DNA of 44,021 nucleotides, the filler included, from Sphacelaria rigidula (lineage: Eukaryota), in the NCBI GenBank assembly GCA_964200075.2. It is 2 parts of 2 records of this genome, joined end to end, with 100 filler letters (N's around TTAATTAATTAA, not from the genome) between each part and the next. Parts side by side here need not be neighbours in the genome. Positions count along the whole stretch, not along the records: positions 1 to 21,961 come from CAXNAA020000369.1; positions 22,062 to 44,021 come from CAXNAA020000370.1. One strand, 5' to 3'. The position numbers were made by a program, and so were the translations under genes. This document shows, piece after piece, positions 12,802 through 25,004 of this stretch. How positions within the stretch are numbered: position 1 is the stretch's first letter; each line of letters starts with the position of its first letter. Under the pieces are notes generated by a model. The model was not told the DNA's origin and ran no database searches. It worked only from the letters and a program-made list of their open reading frames with translations.

Positions 12802-13081
12802 CTGGCTGTCTGCACTGCACGTTGCCTGCTTCACTTCAAGATCCTAGTGTACGAAACACGCACGCACGTAATCGAGACACACTGCTTGCAAGCAGTGCAG
12901 ACAGTAGACGACTGTCTGTACTGTACACGGGTGACCATGTACCGTTTCACGAATTCCACTGTCTTTTTTCCATCGAAAGCTTGGAAATTCGTTTGTACCC
13001 AACTCGACGAAAATGGTTGATTTTCGGTCAAATTAATCCCACCGCCCCATTTTTTCGATCGAGAAATAAAGGTGCTAGTGC

Positions 13082-13264
13082 CGTGTCTCAGCACATCATT
13101 TTCCGATCGAAAGTGACCGGTGGAAACGGAAAGCTCAAATCTGATGGGTCGTGATTTCAGCCATCTTCACAATAAACCGCGATACTTGAGATCACGACTC
13201 ATCACATCGCAGCTTCTCGTTCCCACCGCTCACTTTCGATCGAAAAATAATGTGCGAAGACACG
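13082..13264. repeat. Foldback/palindromic element with arms of about 85 bp
   Basis: The left arm CGTGTCTCAGCACATCATTTTCCGATCGAAAGTGACCGGTGG... matches the reverse complement of ...CCACCGCTCACTTTCGATCGAAAAATAATGTGCGAAGACACG. Confidence 0.85.
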
Positions 13265-14414
13265 CCCGAAGACACGCCCGAAGACAGGGCCTTACACCCG
13301 GAAGAAAAAAAAAACATTTCCTCGAGACCTACCCCACCGCTGTTGCTGTCTCCGCTTAGACCCTGTTCAAAAGCACGACAAACACGGCGACGCTCTAGTC
13401 ATCACCAGTTTGGCTGGAACGGCCCTCTTCCGCTCTACATGTCGATACCTGAAGCTCTGCTCAATTTTCGGTGAACCATCAGCTACGGCCAAAAACGAGA
13501 GGGGCTGCAAATGAACAACGTCGGATGGTTCTGGCTATTACGGCCATGTACGCGACTCGACTGACGGTTATATTCACGACTCGAGAACAGCGATGGCGTT
13601 GTGGACGGGACGACTGTAGGTTGATTAACCGAGCGACCATCATAACGTTGACAACACGTGACTTGCGCGAGCTGTTCCCCTCCCCCCTGCTGTGCACTGA
13701 GCTGCGAATTGTGCACACAGATGACACCGCGATGCCAGCCCAGGACCCGAGGCTGTAACCGTCAAGACACTGAATAGCCAGAGGCCAACACCTGGACACA
13801 AAACTATCCAGACCATTCGGCCTGGTTTTCGGGGGGTGATCTCAGTCAGTCTGGGATCACCTGATTTGCTCGGAACAAAAAAAAAGTAGAAGTAATCCTA
13901 AATGTCCCCGGGTCGAGCGGAATGCTCTTCTATAAGAACTGGTCCGGTGGTCTCCCCTCACTCACCAGTGATTGGGTAAAGGGTAATATTTTACATCCAC
14001 ATCATCCACCGCCAGAGTTGGTCGCATGGATTTGTTCTTCTGCAGACTGGTGATTTGTCGTGCCGCATCACCGGACTACCCCCGATCACCACCCCCAACA
14101 ACACCCCCACCCCGCCCCCCATGTGCTTCGTATCGAAAGGAATGCGTGGTCGATGGTCAAACGACTAAGGCAACCAACAAATGGGTACCCCCTCGCCCTC
14201 CTCCCCTCTGGGTCCTTGAAGGTAGGGCATTTCGCGAGGGAGTCCACTGCGTAGTTGTCCAGGAAGGAGGCTTGAGGCTCAAAGACTTAGCTCTCAGGAA
14301 AAAGAAATGAACTAATAGCGATCGCGCCGTCCGTGGTGGACACCGTTGGGTGATCCCTTCCGCCGAGAGGAAGGTCAACATTTCAAACCGCATCAAGCAC
14401 AATATGACACTCAC

Positions 14415-14851
14415 CTAGCTGTTATCAGTGCCACTGTCAACGACAAATCCACCGTATCCACGATCCGCACTTTTCTGTCCACGCCCTCCAGGTGCAGAAC
14501 GAAACACGGCTGCAGTGGCAGCTCCTTCTCGCCTCGGCCGTGAGCCTGACTACCGTGTCTCCCCTCCCCGTAGGCTACAGCAGGCTCAGGGTTCGTGAAT
14601 CGTATCGAAGTGGCCTCGAATAGAATCTGGGCCAGAGCACGCTCTTCGACTGGAATCAAGTTGGAAGGGTGCGGCCTGTTCGAAAGTTTGCAACCACGAT
14701 AGCCGAACACGGGAGCTGTTGCTCTCCTTGTCGCTCTTGTCGCTCATCATGCTGCCGCTTCTTCCGCTACTGCCCTCGCCGCCGCTGTCGTGGAGTTATC
14801 GCTTGTCTTTCTGCTCTTCGTACTTCTCCGTGGTTGTTGTCGTTGCTGTTA

Positions 14852-14887
<36 letters not shown>

Positions 14888-14965
14888 TTGCTGTTGCAGC
14901 CCCTACTGCCACTCTTGCTTTGACAGTCGTGGTCCCTCTTGCTTTCATGGAGCCGCACCGTAGGC
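14415..14965 (-). pseudogene. Large polyQ-containing exon with five premature stops; product unknown
   Basis: CTACAG| acceptor and AG|GTGAGT donor; 551 nt with no net frameshift; reads AYGAAP*KQEG...WQ*GLQ(n)*QQRQ...AAA**ATR...LQPCFVLHLEGVDRKVRIVDTVDLSLTVALITA(R). Confidence 0.6.
14833..14899. repeat. (CAG/CAA)n microsatellite
   Basis: TGC/TGT triplet run on the + strand. Confidence 0.9.
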
Positions 14966-16297
14966 CTGTAGGACCGACCTTGTCATGGTCACGTCGTGGG
15001 ACGGTGCAGATGCTGTTGGGTCAAACATGAGTAAAGATGTAAACATAGATTACCATCGAAGCCAGATATGCCATAACAGTAGATGCCACACAGCTGGGTA
15101 TATATATCTTGTGCATGCTTGCGGTCTGCAGCTGCTCGACTTGGCGACAAGGATACTATAGTACTGTATTGATAGCCCGCTCCTGCTAGGGCGTACCGTC
15201 GACGAGGTATGGTATAACCCCCCCCCCCCCCCCCTTCCCTCCCTCCCTCCCGCCCAACGTTTCCATTTTGCTTGAAAATTTTATACTGTATTTTGAATTT
15301 GAATGTTGGACCTTCCGATCCTTCCCCAGGAGGAGTTCGAATAGGCTCAGAGAATCGACCCGCGTGTCTATTTTGGGGTACGCTTTCTCTTCGTGTTTTG
15401 ATTGATTGAATGTCGCACTGTAGTTGATCCCCCAGGGATCCAGTCATGGTCACATGCGAGACGTACATGTCTTACACTACTGTCGATTATTGGCGAACAT
15501 TGGGTCAGCACTGCCTATCTATACCGTCGTCTGACATGACCATCTCGCGGACTTTTTGCTGCAAAATTTCAAATTTGATCCGCTGTGATTTGCATATCGT
15601 GTAGATTAGAATCAAAATCATAGTATTTCCCGTCCGGGAAAACAGACGCCGTTCCAACTTGCGGGTACCGATCACTTCAGCCGGGGAAGCTGTAGTTGGT
15701 GGGAGGCATGATGGAGCGCGCGGGGAGGGGGGGGCGAGGGGATGATAACGAATCAGAGCAGTACCTCTCGGGGCGAGGGGAAGAGGGGGTACGGTTTCAA
15801 CTACCGAAAGGGTACTCCGACCACTATCACAAATCGCGTCAAGTTTCTCGAGGGCGATGTGTTGAGAGCCGCGAAATCAGGATCGCGCACGCTTTCGTTG
15901 CTTCAAATTATCCATCAGCTTTTCCACGCACGGGTGGTTGGCACACAACAAGTATTTGGAGAGGGTCGAGTGTTGCTGCCTTGCTCCTCTTCATGTCGCA
16001 AACAAACACTCACATCACACTAGTGTCTGTGAACATTGAGAAGTAGCAACACGAGGGGTTGTATTCCTCAGGCAGTGGAATAAGAGAGAGGGGGACGGAG
16101 TTAGGTGCACCATCAAGGAAAAGGTGAGGGCGGGCGGACAGTGCGAGTGCATGGAGATAAGATACCGTATGTGTGTGTGTGTGTGCATTTTTACGGTGTA
16201 GCTCCTGAAGTACGCGGTATAGCACATGTTGGCGTATTACCGCACAGCCGAGCTCCGTCTTTCATGGTTACACCGCGGCTGGGGCTGCGTGTGTTGT

Positions 16298-16504
16298 NNN
16301 NNNNNNNNNNNNNNNNNNNNNNNNNNNNNNNNNNNNNNNNNNNNNNNNNNNNNNNNNNNNNNNNNNNNNNNNNNNNNNNNNNNNNNNNNNNNNNNNNNNN
16401 NNNNNNNNNNNNNNNNNNNNNNNNNNNNNNNNNNNNNNNNNNNNNNNNNNNNNNNNNNNNNNNNNNNNNNNNNNNNNNNNNNNNNNNNNNNNNNNNNNNN
16501 NNNN
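16298..16504. other. Assembly gap (207 N)
   Basis: Run of N. Confidence 1.
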
Positions 16505-17460
16505 TCATACGCCCCGTTCCCCGTCCTCCAACGAAGGCCATGACCGGTCTTGTCGATACGGCGTCGGGAGGGTATTTTCGGCGGGTGTAGGGCCGGAATC
16601 ACCTTCAAGAAGTGATTCCTTCTCACTACTAACTACCCTTGGCCAAGGCTGTGGTGTGGTAGTAGAGGTGGGTCAGCACGGTGCGCATCAGGCATACCCG
16701 CCCCTGTTGTAGTGCAGCGGCATAATATGACACAGGTAAATGAGGTCAGCGGTCAATCGGTAAATATCAAAAAACTGAGTTCGGTGAGTTCGTCGCATAA
16801 CCCTCAACACTCGCGCCCCAGGGTTGTTATCTCTGTAACCACCGCTGTCTGCGAACCTCAACCGATAGATTTCGACCCAGCCCGGTGCTCAACATCGCAT
16901 GTCGCCGACCGAATCCGGTGCTCAACATCGAATCATATTTGGTAGTCACTCAGGGATTCCAACTCTAGAACTTGGCTTACCACGAAGCATATCAGTTGTT
17001 GAGATTGCGCTTCTCTGCTGAGCTAATCCGCCTGCGCAGGCTGATGAGCTCTCAACAGTCAACCGGGATATTAACAGAAAGCACCAACAACGCTGCGGCG
17101 TCGCCCCACGGCCGTCTACCGCTTGCACCGGCAATCGAAGTACGCGGCTGCAAAACACACACCTCCACCAAAGTTTCATCCGTTGGCGCCGACACTATTG
17201 GGGCGCAGCTCTGGCTGCAGAGCAGGTTCCATGACGTCAAAAGCCGCCGCCGACTCATGGGGTGATATTCCGGGGAAGCATGTCGAGTGAGATTGGTGTG
17301 CCTGAGAATGGATGCAAAACTCGATCTCGAGCGTTCAGCGTCTCACCCGAAATGCCAGACATCGTTACCATGCTTTATCCGAAGCGCGAAGGATAGCCTG
17401 AAGGGATTTGACAACGGCTGCTGCCCTAAGCCAGATTCGGTGCTGTTACCGACAAATTGC

Positions 17461-17601
17461 AGGCGCCTTGCATTTTGGTCTCGCGGATTGGGTCAGCACT
17501 CCCGCACCGTGTCAACACACGTCAAACAAACTTAGTCAACTTCCTTGTTTATTCACGTTTTCACACTTTCGGTGGTGTACATCAGATACTACCAAGAACA
17601 A
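17461..17601 (-). mobile_element. SINE family A internal fragment
   Basis: The reverse complement matches ...TGCTGA.CCAATCCGCGAGACCAAAATGCAAGGCGC of the copies at 233 and 30832. Confidence 0.75.
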
Positions 17602-18004
17602 GCGATAATCACCTCAATGTCTCTACACTCTCACCTGCTATTCGAAGATACACTTCCTCCCGCGGCGGCTTCCAGTTGTTCGCCCATAGATCATCTCTTC
17701 CATATAGCGTCTCGGCCATCGTCCGCATCCGAATCCGAGCCAGCATCCGTCCAGATACTTCAATCACTTTCCGACCCCCCTGTCCCACTCACGGAGCCAT
17801 CACTATCGTCCACCCCCACCCAGCCCTCTGCACACTCCACCGTGCTCACCAATCCTCCACACACGGCACATTCTTCCGCACCGACCGACTCCCGAATCAC
17901 CTCTCCCGTCCGCTGATACCTCTCCGTTCTGGACCCCAATCCTTCAGGGATTCCACGCTCTTGTGCACCAATGGCCGGATTGCATCGTCCGTTGCACCCG
18001 CCTA

Positions 18005-20260
18005 GTAGTGAGGGGTGGCAGACCGTCCGCAACTTCGCACATGTGCAAGTGCGCTTGCACCTGTGCTTCTCGACAGCTGCGGGGATGCAGCGGCACAAAA
18101 GGCGCTGGACCTTACCGGTGGGATCGATCTGTGTGTGCTCCGACAAGATAACAACAAAACGTATTTCATCATAGCCTCCTTGGCGTCGCTCGACGCGGTG
18201 GTCCACCCTCGATTGTTGAAGTCGACAGAGGGCATCGTCTCTGCTATCCATCCCAACCAATACTCCAGCACGTATCGGGCCTCGTGGGGGGAGGGCATTT
18301 CAAAACTGATACTATGGATGCAGCAATTCACCGCATCTCACTCTACATCGCATCTACTTCTCCCATTATCAGGGAAACATTCTTATATGTAGGCTTTAGT
18401 TCCGTATGCGCGCATAAACTTCGACATCATTTGAGGTTTTTGAGCTTGAATAGGTCGTTTCATCGCAAAGCTTATAATTAGCTTAGTATGCTTGAAACGA
18501 GCTGAACCTGCTTGAAATGCGCGCACAATGCGCATAAAACGCGCATACAGTCGCGATATATTTTTTGCGCCTCCTGCAACCAGCTACCTGCAAGTGCTCA
18601 TGTGGCGTGACTCGTCACCAGACAGACCGACAGGTCGACAGGCTTCAATACTCCAAACTTTCATGGTCGTGTTTCGTGTTCCTATTCTGTTGCGGGTCTG
18701 ATCAGCAACGTGTTTTCTCAATCTTCATACATGGTACTATCTGTATGTTGTTTGCAAAAATGTGACTGAGACTAGTACACTTGTACAGCGTACAACCGGT
18801 ACCGGTACTTCGACAAGATTTTCAATGTCGACTGACGGTAGATGATGGGAGGGAGAGGTGGTAGCTTGTAGGTTGCAGGGCGAGAGGCCAACGGCTGCAA
18901 TGCTCTGTGTCCAGAGGCTACAGTACACTACTACTGTATCATGTATCACAAGTGTACTGGCATTTATTTGTTGTTTTCGTACGTGGATTCAGGTGTACGT
19001 TTGCAGGTTGGGGCTTTCACACTCAATGACTGATGAAAAGCGTTATTTTTGAAGTCAAAATGAGTATCAAAACTTCGAATGCCCAACTAGCCGTCTTGTC
19101 CTCATGCTAGAAGGAGTGCCTCGTGAGGGGATGCTGCCACAACACCGGAACAAGGACGGGAATAAGGCGCATAAAGCGCGCCTAATTTGCGCTCAAAAAA
19201 CGTTCAAGTGGGGCTTGAAATATATAAAACGCTTGTGAAAACAATATGAGGAGCTGAAGTTAAAGAAAAAAACGCGCATACGGAACGAAAGCCTAGTTCT
19301 ATGTCGGTACATGGGGTGCTAGAAGGTGCGGATCGGCGATGCAACATGGATTGTCGCACTGCATGCAAATTCTCACGCACGAACGTCGAATTTTCTTTTG
19401 TAGCTGTAGCGGAATTCGGAAGCGTGTATGTATGCCACGCATAACTTCAGAAGCCTTGGCTTCGGGCCCGTAAGCCGCCAACTCGTGTGCGGAAACGCAG
19501 TCGCAGCTACGAGCGTGTGATCATGTTTTGACACAATATTTGGCGGGGGCGGTGGGGGAAATGACGAAAGAACGGCACCGCTCAACTTAGTTTGGCTCAC
19601 CGGTGACGCATATACATGTATTTCGGCGTCATGGAACCGATGGCGGATCCCGCCAAGCCCTGTTTCTGGTGTGTCCATGGTCAAATACCTGCGGGTAAGC
19701 GACGGCGTCTTTTGCGTGAGGTGGACGACGGAGTACAATATGCCGCGTGCAACGCCAGGGAGTTCTCTACCTACCTATTTTTGTCATATCTACGCACTTC
19801 TTTTCCCCCTTCATTCCTGAACGATTTACCATCGCTAGTTGCCGTGGAATCGAATAGGCCGTGCTGGGAACACTAACTCAAGTTCGTGTTGGCGGCGTGA
19901 TCCGGAGTCAACACGCCACCCATGTGCAGGATGTTGTTCACCGTATTTACCCCGGAAAATGGAGGTATCCGGGCGGTGAGCGGTGGACAGGGGGGCTGCC
20001 AACGACCGCACTTCCATTCCTTTTTCACGTCAGCGATCGAGGTGGGTGAAATGGACGGAAAAAAAAAAACAGTCCCATCATGGGGCTGTGTAGTCGAGAA
20101 AGCCACGCAGCCTATCATGGCGTCAGTCCGTCAGCTTCAAGCGCTGGAGTGCTTGTTCTTCGTGTTGCCTACGCGGATGCTGCCATGTCCCGGGCGCGAA
20201 ACTACACCGGTGAAGGTTCACTAAGGTCACCGATGGCTTACGAACAAAATGTCAAAATCA
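18005..20260 (+). pseudogene. Highly degenerate hAT transposase relic, interrupted by the MITE at 18390-19295
   Basis: Motifs occur in hAT order across frameshifts: GADRRCNM (DxxxN, about 19330), C.CH.LQK (CxxH, about 19430), VRWTTEYNM (RWxxxYxM, about 19715), and YHGVSPSAS/LECLF plus SRARN..SLRS.MAY..N (dimerisation domain, 20110-20250). Confidence 0.5.
18390..19295. mobile_element. hAT-like MITE, 906 bp
   Basis: 23-bp TIR TAGGCTTT(A/C)GTTCCGTATGCGCG; 8-bp flanks CTTATATG/GTTCTATG (6/8 match); repeated subterminal GCGCATA motifs. Confidence 0.85.
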
Positions 20261-20619
20261 ATCCGGTGACGGCATCCGCCCAGCATGCAACCGCCCCCCT
20301 ACACCATACAAACCGCCCCATTTTGTTTCGACAGCAATCCATCAAAGAACACTGAGCATCACGCGGAAATGACTCCGAAGGGACCAAGACAGAATGGTAT
20401 ACTGGCGCACGCAGTACAGCACCATTTCCAATATAAAAATGTAAAATAAATAGACTATTATAACACATCCTCGGTGATTGCCGCCGCTGGCGTGTGGGGC
20501 CGACCTCCTTTCACGCACGGTGGAGAATGGTAGACGCTGGCACTTCTCACTCCCTGTCCGTAAACGATCTTCTCACAATAGTTGGCACGATTTGCATTGT
20601 GCCCAGCAGTGTAGGATCA

Positions 20620-20745
20620 AGTTCGTACCGCACAGTACTGTGATACTGTATTTCCGTACTGCATTACAGTACTGTAGTACGAGTATTACGGTATACGTAT
20701 ACTGCAGTACTGTCATACAGTTTCAACGTACTGCACTGTAGTGTG
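20620..20745. repeat. ACAGTACTGT-rich low-complexity tract
   Basis: Dense overlapping CAGTACTG/TACAGT words. Confidence 0.7.
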
Positions 20746-21961
20746 AAATACAATGCAGACAGTGCATCGCATCAGCGTATTATACTGCACTTTATCATGA
20801 CCATGACGGAGTTTTCAAATTTCAAACCCACCAGCTGCGCCGCCAGACATGCATGCAAACGATCGTGCCGTTCTCCATTGCTTTGAAAGCATTTGAGATG
20901 TCTCTTTTTCAGGCGGATTGCACACGCCATATACTGCGCCCTGGGGGCGGTGGTGGGCTGGAACATCAAGCGTCGTCCCCACCTATGGTCGTACAATGGG
21001 GTCCACAAGACACCTCTACCGAGCAACACCGTGCACATCACCCAACGCGAGACATAACTACCTTTTCAGCCTGCAACTTGTGCCGAGGTTCCAGCCTTGA
21101 ACATAGCTTTCCACATATATGTCGCGTGTTGGGCCTGGGCCGTAGGTTCTTTCTCTGGGGCTCCTCGCTCGTGTGTACTACCCCTACTTTGCGGATGATC
21201 CCAGCTGATAATTTATACAATGACTGTTGTATGCGAACATCCGCGTACATTAATTTTATTTTTTCCTTTGGGCGCAACACTGTATACTCGTACAACACAT
21301 TGAAAATAGGATAAGTTCGGGTGAATCTTCGAAAACCAACTACGCCGCTGTTTTCAGGTCATATTTCGTAGATGCGCCGCATATCTTTGGACTTGATGTG
21401 CACCGCGAATAGTCGTGTGTTGGACAAAGCTGCGGCACTTAAGCGCGAGGCGAGATTTGCTGCCCACACGAAACTTGAATACGCTCTGAGATGAGATGAG
21501 ATGGGTTGATCTGCCATTCCATAGTGCCTTTGAAAGCAGAAGGTGTGTGATTTCTCGCCTTGATTCCACCGCACGCCCTTCCTTGCTCCCGAGGTGTCCA
21601 TCGCTGTTCCCACCCTGCCGCCGCCGCTCCCACCTGCGGTGCCACAGCAACCCATAGTGCCCACAGCACCGCAATCAGCACGGTCGCTGCAACATCCTTT
21701 TCTGGAGAAACCCTTTCCAGCGTCGCATCACCCTCACATGATATGGGTCAAGGTCAAGTACGAGAGCAGTAGAACAAGCCAGCGTTCAAATCTGAGTCCC
21801 CCAATGCTTCCAACATCCAGCCCACTTCACCCAGCGGACAGGCACCGCGATTTCTTCATTCTCCCATTCGTTCGCCCCCCATGACTCTACTGGAATGCAC
21901 CCATGAGGCAGCGTAAAAGCCGTGGCTGTCTCTAGAAGTGGCGATACCAAAGAATAAAGCA

Positions 21962-22061
21962 NNNNNNNNNNNNNNNNNNNNNNNNNNNNNNNNNNNNNNN
22001 NNNNNTTAATTAATTAANNNNNNNNNNNNNNNNNNNNNNNNNNNNNNNNNNNNNNNNNNNN
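21962..22061. other. Artificial contig linker N44-TTAATTAATTAA-N44
   Basis: Exactly 100 nt; the 12-mer places stop codons in all six frames. Confidence 0.95.
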
Positions 22062-22495
22062 GTACATGAGGACCGGTCCTCGTTGCTCGCAGTAAATGAC
22101 AAAACATATCATGGCTTCAAGTGCAGTATACTGCGCTGCGTGCGTGTGGAGACCCGTGTCCCGGGGGCAGGATATGAAGAAGAGGCTTGATGATGTTTTG
22201 ACGATTGTACCGATACGGTAGAACGGGCAAAAGACTACCTCCACCGTCGAAGAACAGATACGAAGACACTCATTTACATTTTCCACCCACAGCAACGGAT
22301 AGGAACCCGATACCCAGGGACACAAAGACTTACGACGGACACGCACGAGTGTTCGCAACCATGAGTCCAGTACATTTGCACCGCAGAAACACCCATTGTA
22401 CGGAACAGGGTCCAGAAACATCAACTGAAAAGGCATGAAATATTCATCCCCCCTCCTTCGTGGGCAACAACGAAACAGGCAATACCCGCAGTGTA

Positions 22496-23231
22496 CTCCC
22501 TCTGGGCGGATGTATAATCAAGGTTCGGACCAAAAGCGGTCTAACTCGGGCATATAAAGGTCTTTTTCCGAACCGTTTTTTTTGTTGTTTTTAGACCGTC
22601 GCTGCGGAACGCACAGAGCCGCTGTCTTGTAAAGGTCGCACCGAAAAGTCCATCACACCCCAGCAGAAGTTGCTCGAAATCTCCACCCCAACTTTGGACC
22701 ACCGCCCAAAAGCCTTCCCATCTGCTGGTGAGACATGTCTGCTGCTGACAACACCTCTCAGGGGCAAAAACGCAAGAATTTCGATGATCCAGAGAGAGAA
22801 GATATTCGGTACCTGTTGACGCGCAGCGTCGATGGGTTTCTGAAGCGTGGTCTACGGTGCCCCAAACCGGGGATGATAATGAAATATCCCCCCCTTTTCG
22901 ACAGGGGACTCTTCATTTTTTTGCGTCAAATGTCGTGCCCCATTCATACGGGGTATTCCGGGTTGTGAAACCCGTGACGGGGTTTGTTTATCCGTCGCTG
23001 GGTACAAAAAAGCTGGATCTCCACCGAAATGACTGACCAAGTGATTTTTACGCACAATCCCCCCCGCCCCAACCTCATCGGGGTTGTTTTTGCCCCAATG
23101 TCGTACCTGATCATATACAAACCTTGTCCGATGGTCCACAGTGCCCAGACGACCCGTTTGGGGCCATATCATACCAACCTTGCTTATATTCCATTTTTCC
23201 GAACCTTGCTTATAAATCCGCCCAGAGGGAG
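22496..23231. mobile_element. Stowaway-like Tc1/mariner MITE, 736 bp
   Basis: TA|CTCCCTCTGGGCGGATGTATAATCAAGGTTCGGA ... TCCGAACCTTGCTTATAAATCCGCCCAGAGGGAG|TA; 34-bp TIR with 2 mismatches and intact TA TSDs. Confidence 0.92.
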
Positions 23232-23521
23232 TAGTGGATACATAAGAGAAACGGAAGAAGTAAGGTAACAATCGACCAACAGTAGCGACCGATATCCCCC
23301 GAAACACGGGCAACCCCGGATTCAACATCACAGACATGACCCATTGTACAGAACGGGCTCCAGAAATAGCAGGACAGTTGAGCACACGACAACCGCAACG
23401 TGGTGTTCCTCCGGCTTCGCCGCCACGATCAGTAAATCGACCAGGATCGACAGCCAAGGTACATGAGCACCGGCGATAGCTGTGTGCGTTGTGTAAGCTC
23501 ATGGACTGAGCACGGTAGCAA

Positions 23522-23903
23522 ATCTGGATCATGGACACTCTTCTTGAGTGAAATTGATGTCACTTCAACAGATTACCTGATTTTCGCCGTCAAATGGTTA
23601 ATGAAAAGCGGCGGGAAAACTTTGTCGTGTCGACTGACTGTTTCATGAGCATGATGCCGCTTCGATTTTCGAAAAAAAAAAAATGTTTCGTTTTCAGCCC
23701 GAAGAGCAACATGGATGATGAGTCTGTACGAAGGCTCAACACAAGGCATCGCAATCAAAAGTGAACCTGAGGAACTGACCGCCCCCGCAAACCAAGAACC
23801 CATATAGTGGCAACGAATTTGACCATTTGACCGCCATGATGGGTTATCTGTTGTTAAATCGGCATCAGTTACTTGGACTTCACAAAGTACAGCGTGGTCC
23901 AGA
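23522..23903. mobile_element. Diverged palindromic element of the GTGAAAGTGAT/CGGTCAAAGGG family
   Basis: Imperfect inverted arms (TCTGGATCATG...CCGTCAAATGGT versus ACCATTTGACCG...CGTGGTCCAGA); related to 24801-25004 and about 42085-42170. Confidence 0.5.
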
Positions 23904-24299
23904 TGACCTACCCTACCGGTCAAAGGATTAACCCTTTTGCGACGAGATCCCCAGAAACATGTGATATGCACGCAGGGGCAAAACCACATGTTTCTGGGAT
24001 TCCGTGTAACACAGAAGGGACGTCAACACAGGAAATTCTGTGGTGGTCGCCTTAGTTTTCATCACGAGAGGGGTTCAGCGGTCCCTTTGGCTCGTCGACC
24101 CTGAAACCGAAGAAGAGAAGATGCGATTGAGAGTGAAAAGCGGTCAATTAGTCAATGAATCGTTTCAGTTCCGAAATGCCCCTCCACGAGGCTCAAGATG
24201 CTCTTGGTACTGTAGGAGCTTGCCACTGAGACCCTTGATACCCCTGAGCAAGGAGGTGACTTCAAATTTCCGAGAACTATCTGTCAACTACCGAGTGGT

Positions 24300-24585
24300 A
24301 AAGTCTACTGTGAGCAAGATATCGATGTGTAGCTGTATGCACACGTCAGTGCTAGAGGCGAAGAAAAGCACGCACGGAATGAAAAACTGGCTTCGTTGAA
24401 GCGAATAGTCAAAGCCACTCTCAACCAGCGCTCTACTCTCAATCTCACGAAAACATTGTAGTCGCTGTCCACTGTTGAACATGGTGTGAGATAAAATTCC
24501 AGATCGTGTGACTGCACTGAGGTTCGAACCGACGACCCAACCGCCATAAGGTTTGGAGGTTACCAACTGAGCCACCAGAGCGACC
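24300..24585 (-). mobile_element. Second tRNA-derived SINE (family B) or tRNA pseudogene; 3' end approximate
   Basis: Minus-strand A box TGGCTCAGTTGG (24563-24574) and B box GGTTCGAACC (24521-24530); the cloverleaf cannot be completed; the body is unrelated to family A. Confidence 0.6.
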
Positions 24586-24800
24586 TTCTGCCGACAAAAT
24601 ATGAACAATAGAAGCCGCCTCATGACGAAAAAACGCATGTATGGCAGAGCAGAAGCAGCAGCAACAACAACAGCAGTCCAGAGACAGGAAAAGGGAAGTA
24701 CAGTCGAGACGATTCGACATGCGGGCAAGATCACAACATGCTTTCCGTGTGCGCCCAGATTGGACGGAGAGTCGTTCCGCACAACTTATCCAACTAGAGG

Positions 24801-25004
24801 TATATCTCAAACTCGGCTCCCGGTGTCCTGGTTTATTCTCTGGCTCTGAGTTGTGTACTATTTTTTCAAGTGAAAGTGATCGCGATCCATAGGAGGATCT
24901 GACCTGGCGGTCAAAGGGTCACATCATCTGATGAATCGGCATCACTTTCACCTGAAAAAATAGAACAAAAAAAGCCAGGATACCGGGAGCCGAGTTTGAG
25001 ATAT
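24801..25004. mobile_element. Foldback MITE, about 200 bp
   Basis: ATATCTCAAACTCGGCTCCCGGT.TCCTGG and CTATTTTTTCA.GTGAAAGTGAT are mirrored on both arms. Confidence 0.85.

Noticed and set aside
14669-15030. Plus-strand poly-Leu/poly-Ala membrane protein ORFs
   Set aside because: These are antisense readings of the CAG microsatellite; splice signals favour the minus strand.
16105-16626. ORFs spanning the N gap
   Set aside because: Length is inflated by unknown bases.
16990-17095. Hammerhead ribozyme around CTGATGAG (17041)
   Set aside because: A hairpin (TGTTGAGA/TCTCAACA) exists, but no GAAA closes stem II and there is no stem III with an NUH site.
22391-23366. LTR pair from the ACCCATTGTAC.GAAC.GG.TCCAGAAA direct repeats
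   Set aside because: Only about 28 bp with no TG..CA ends or PBS/PPT; better explained as an old tandem repeat split by the Stowaway-like MITE.
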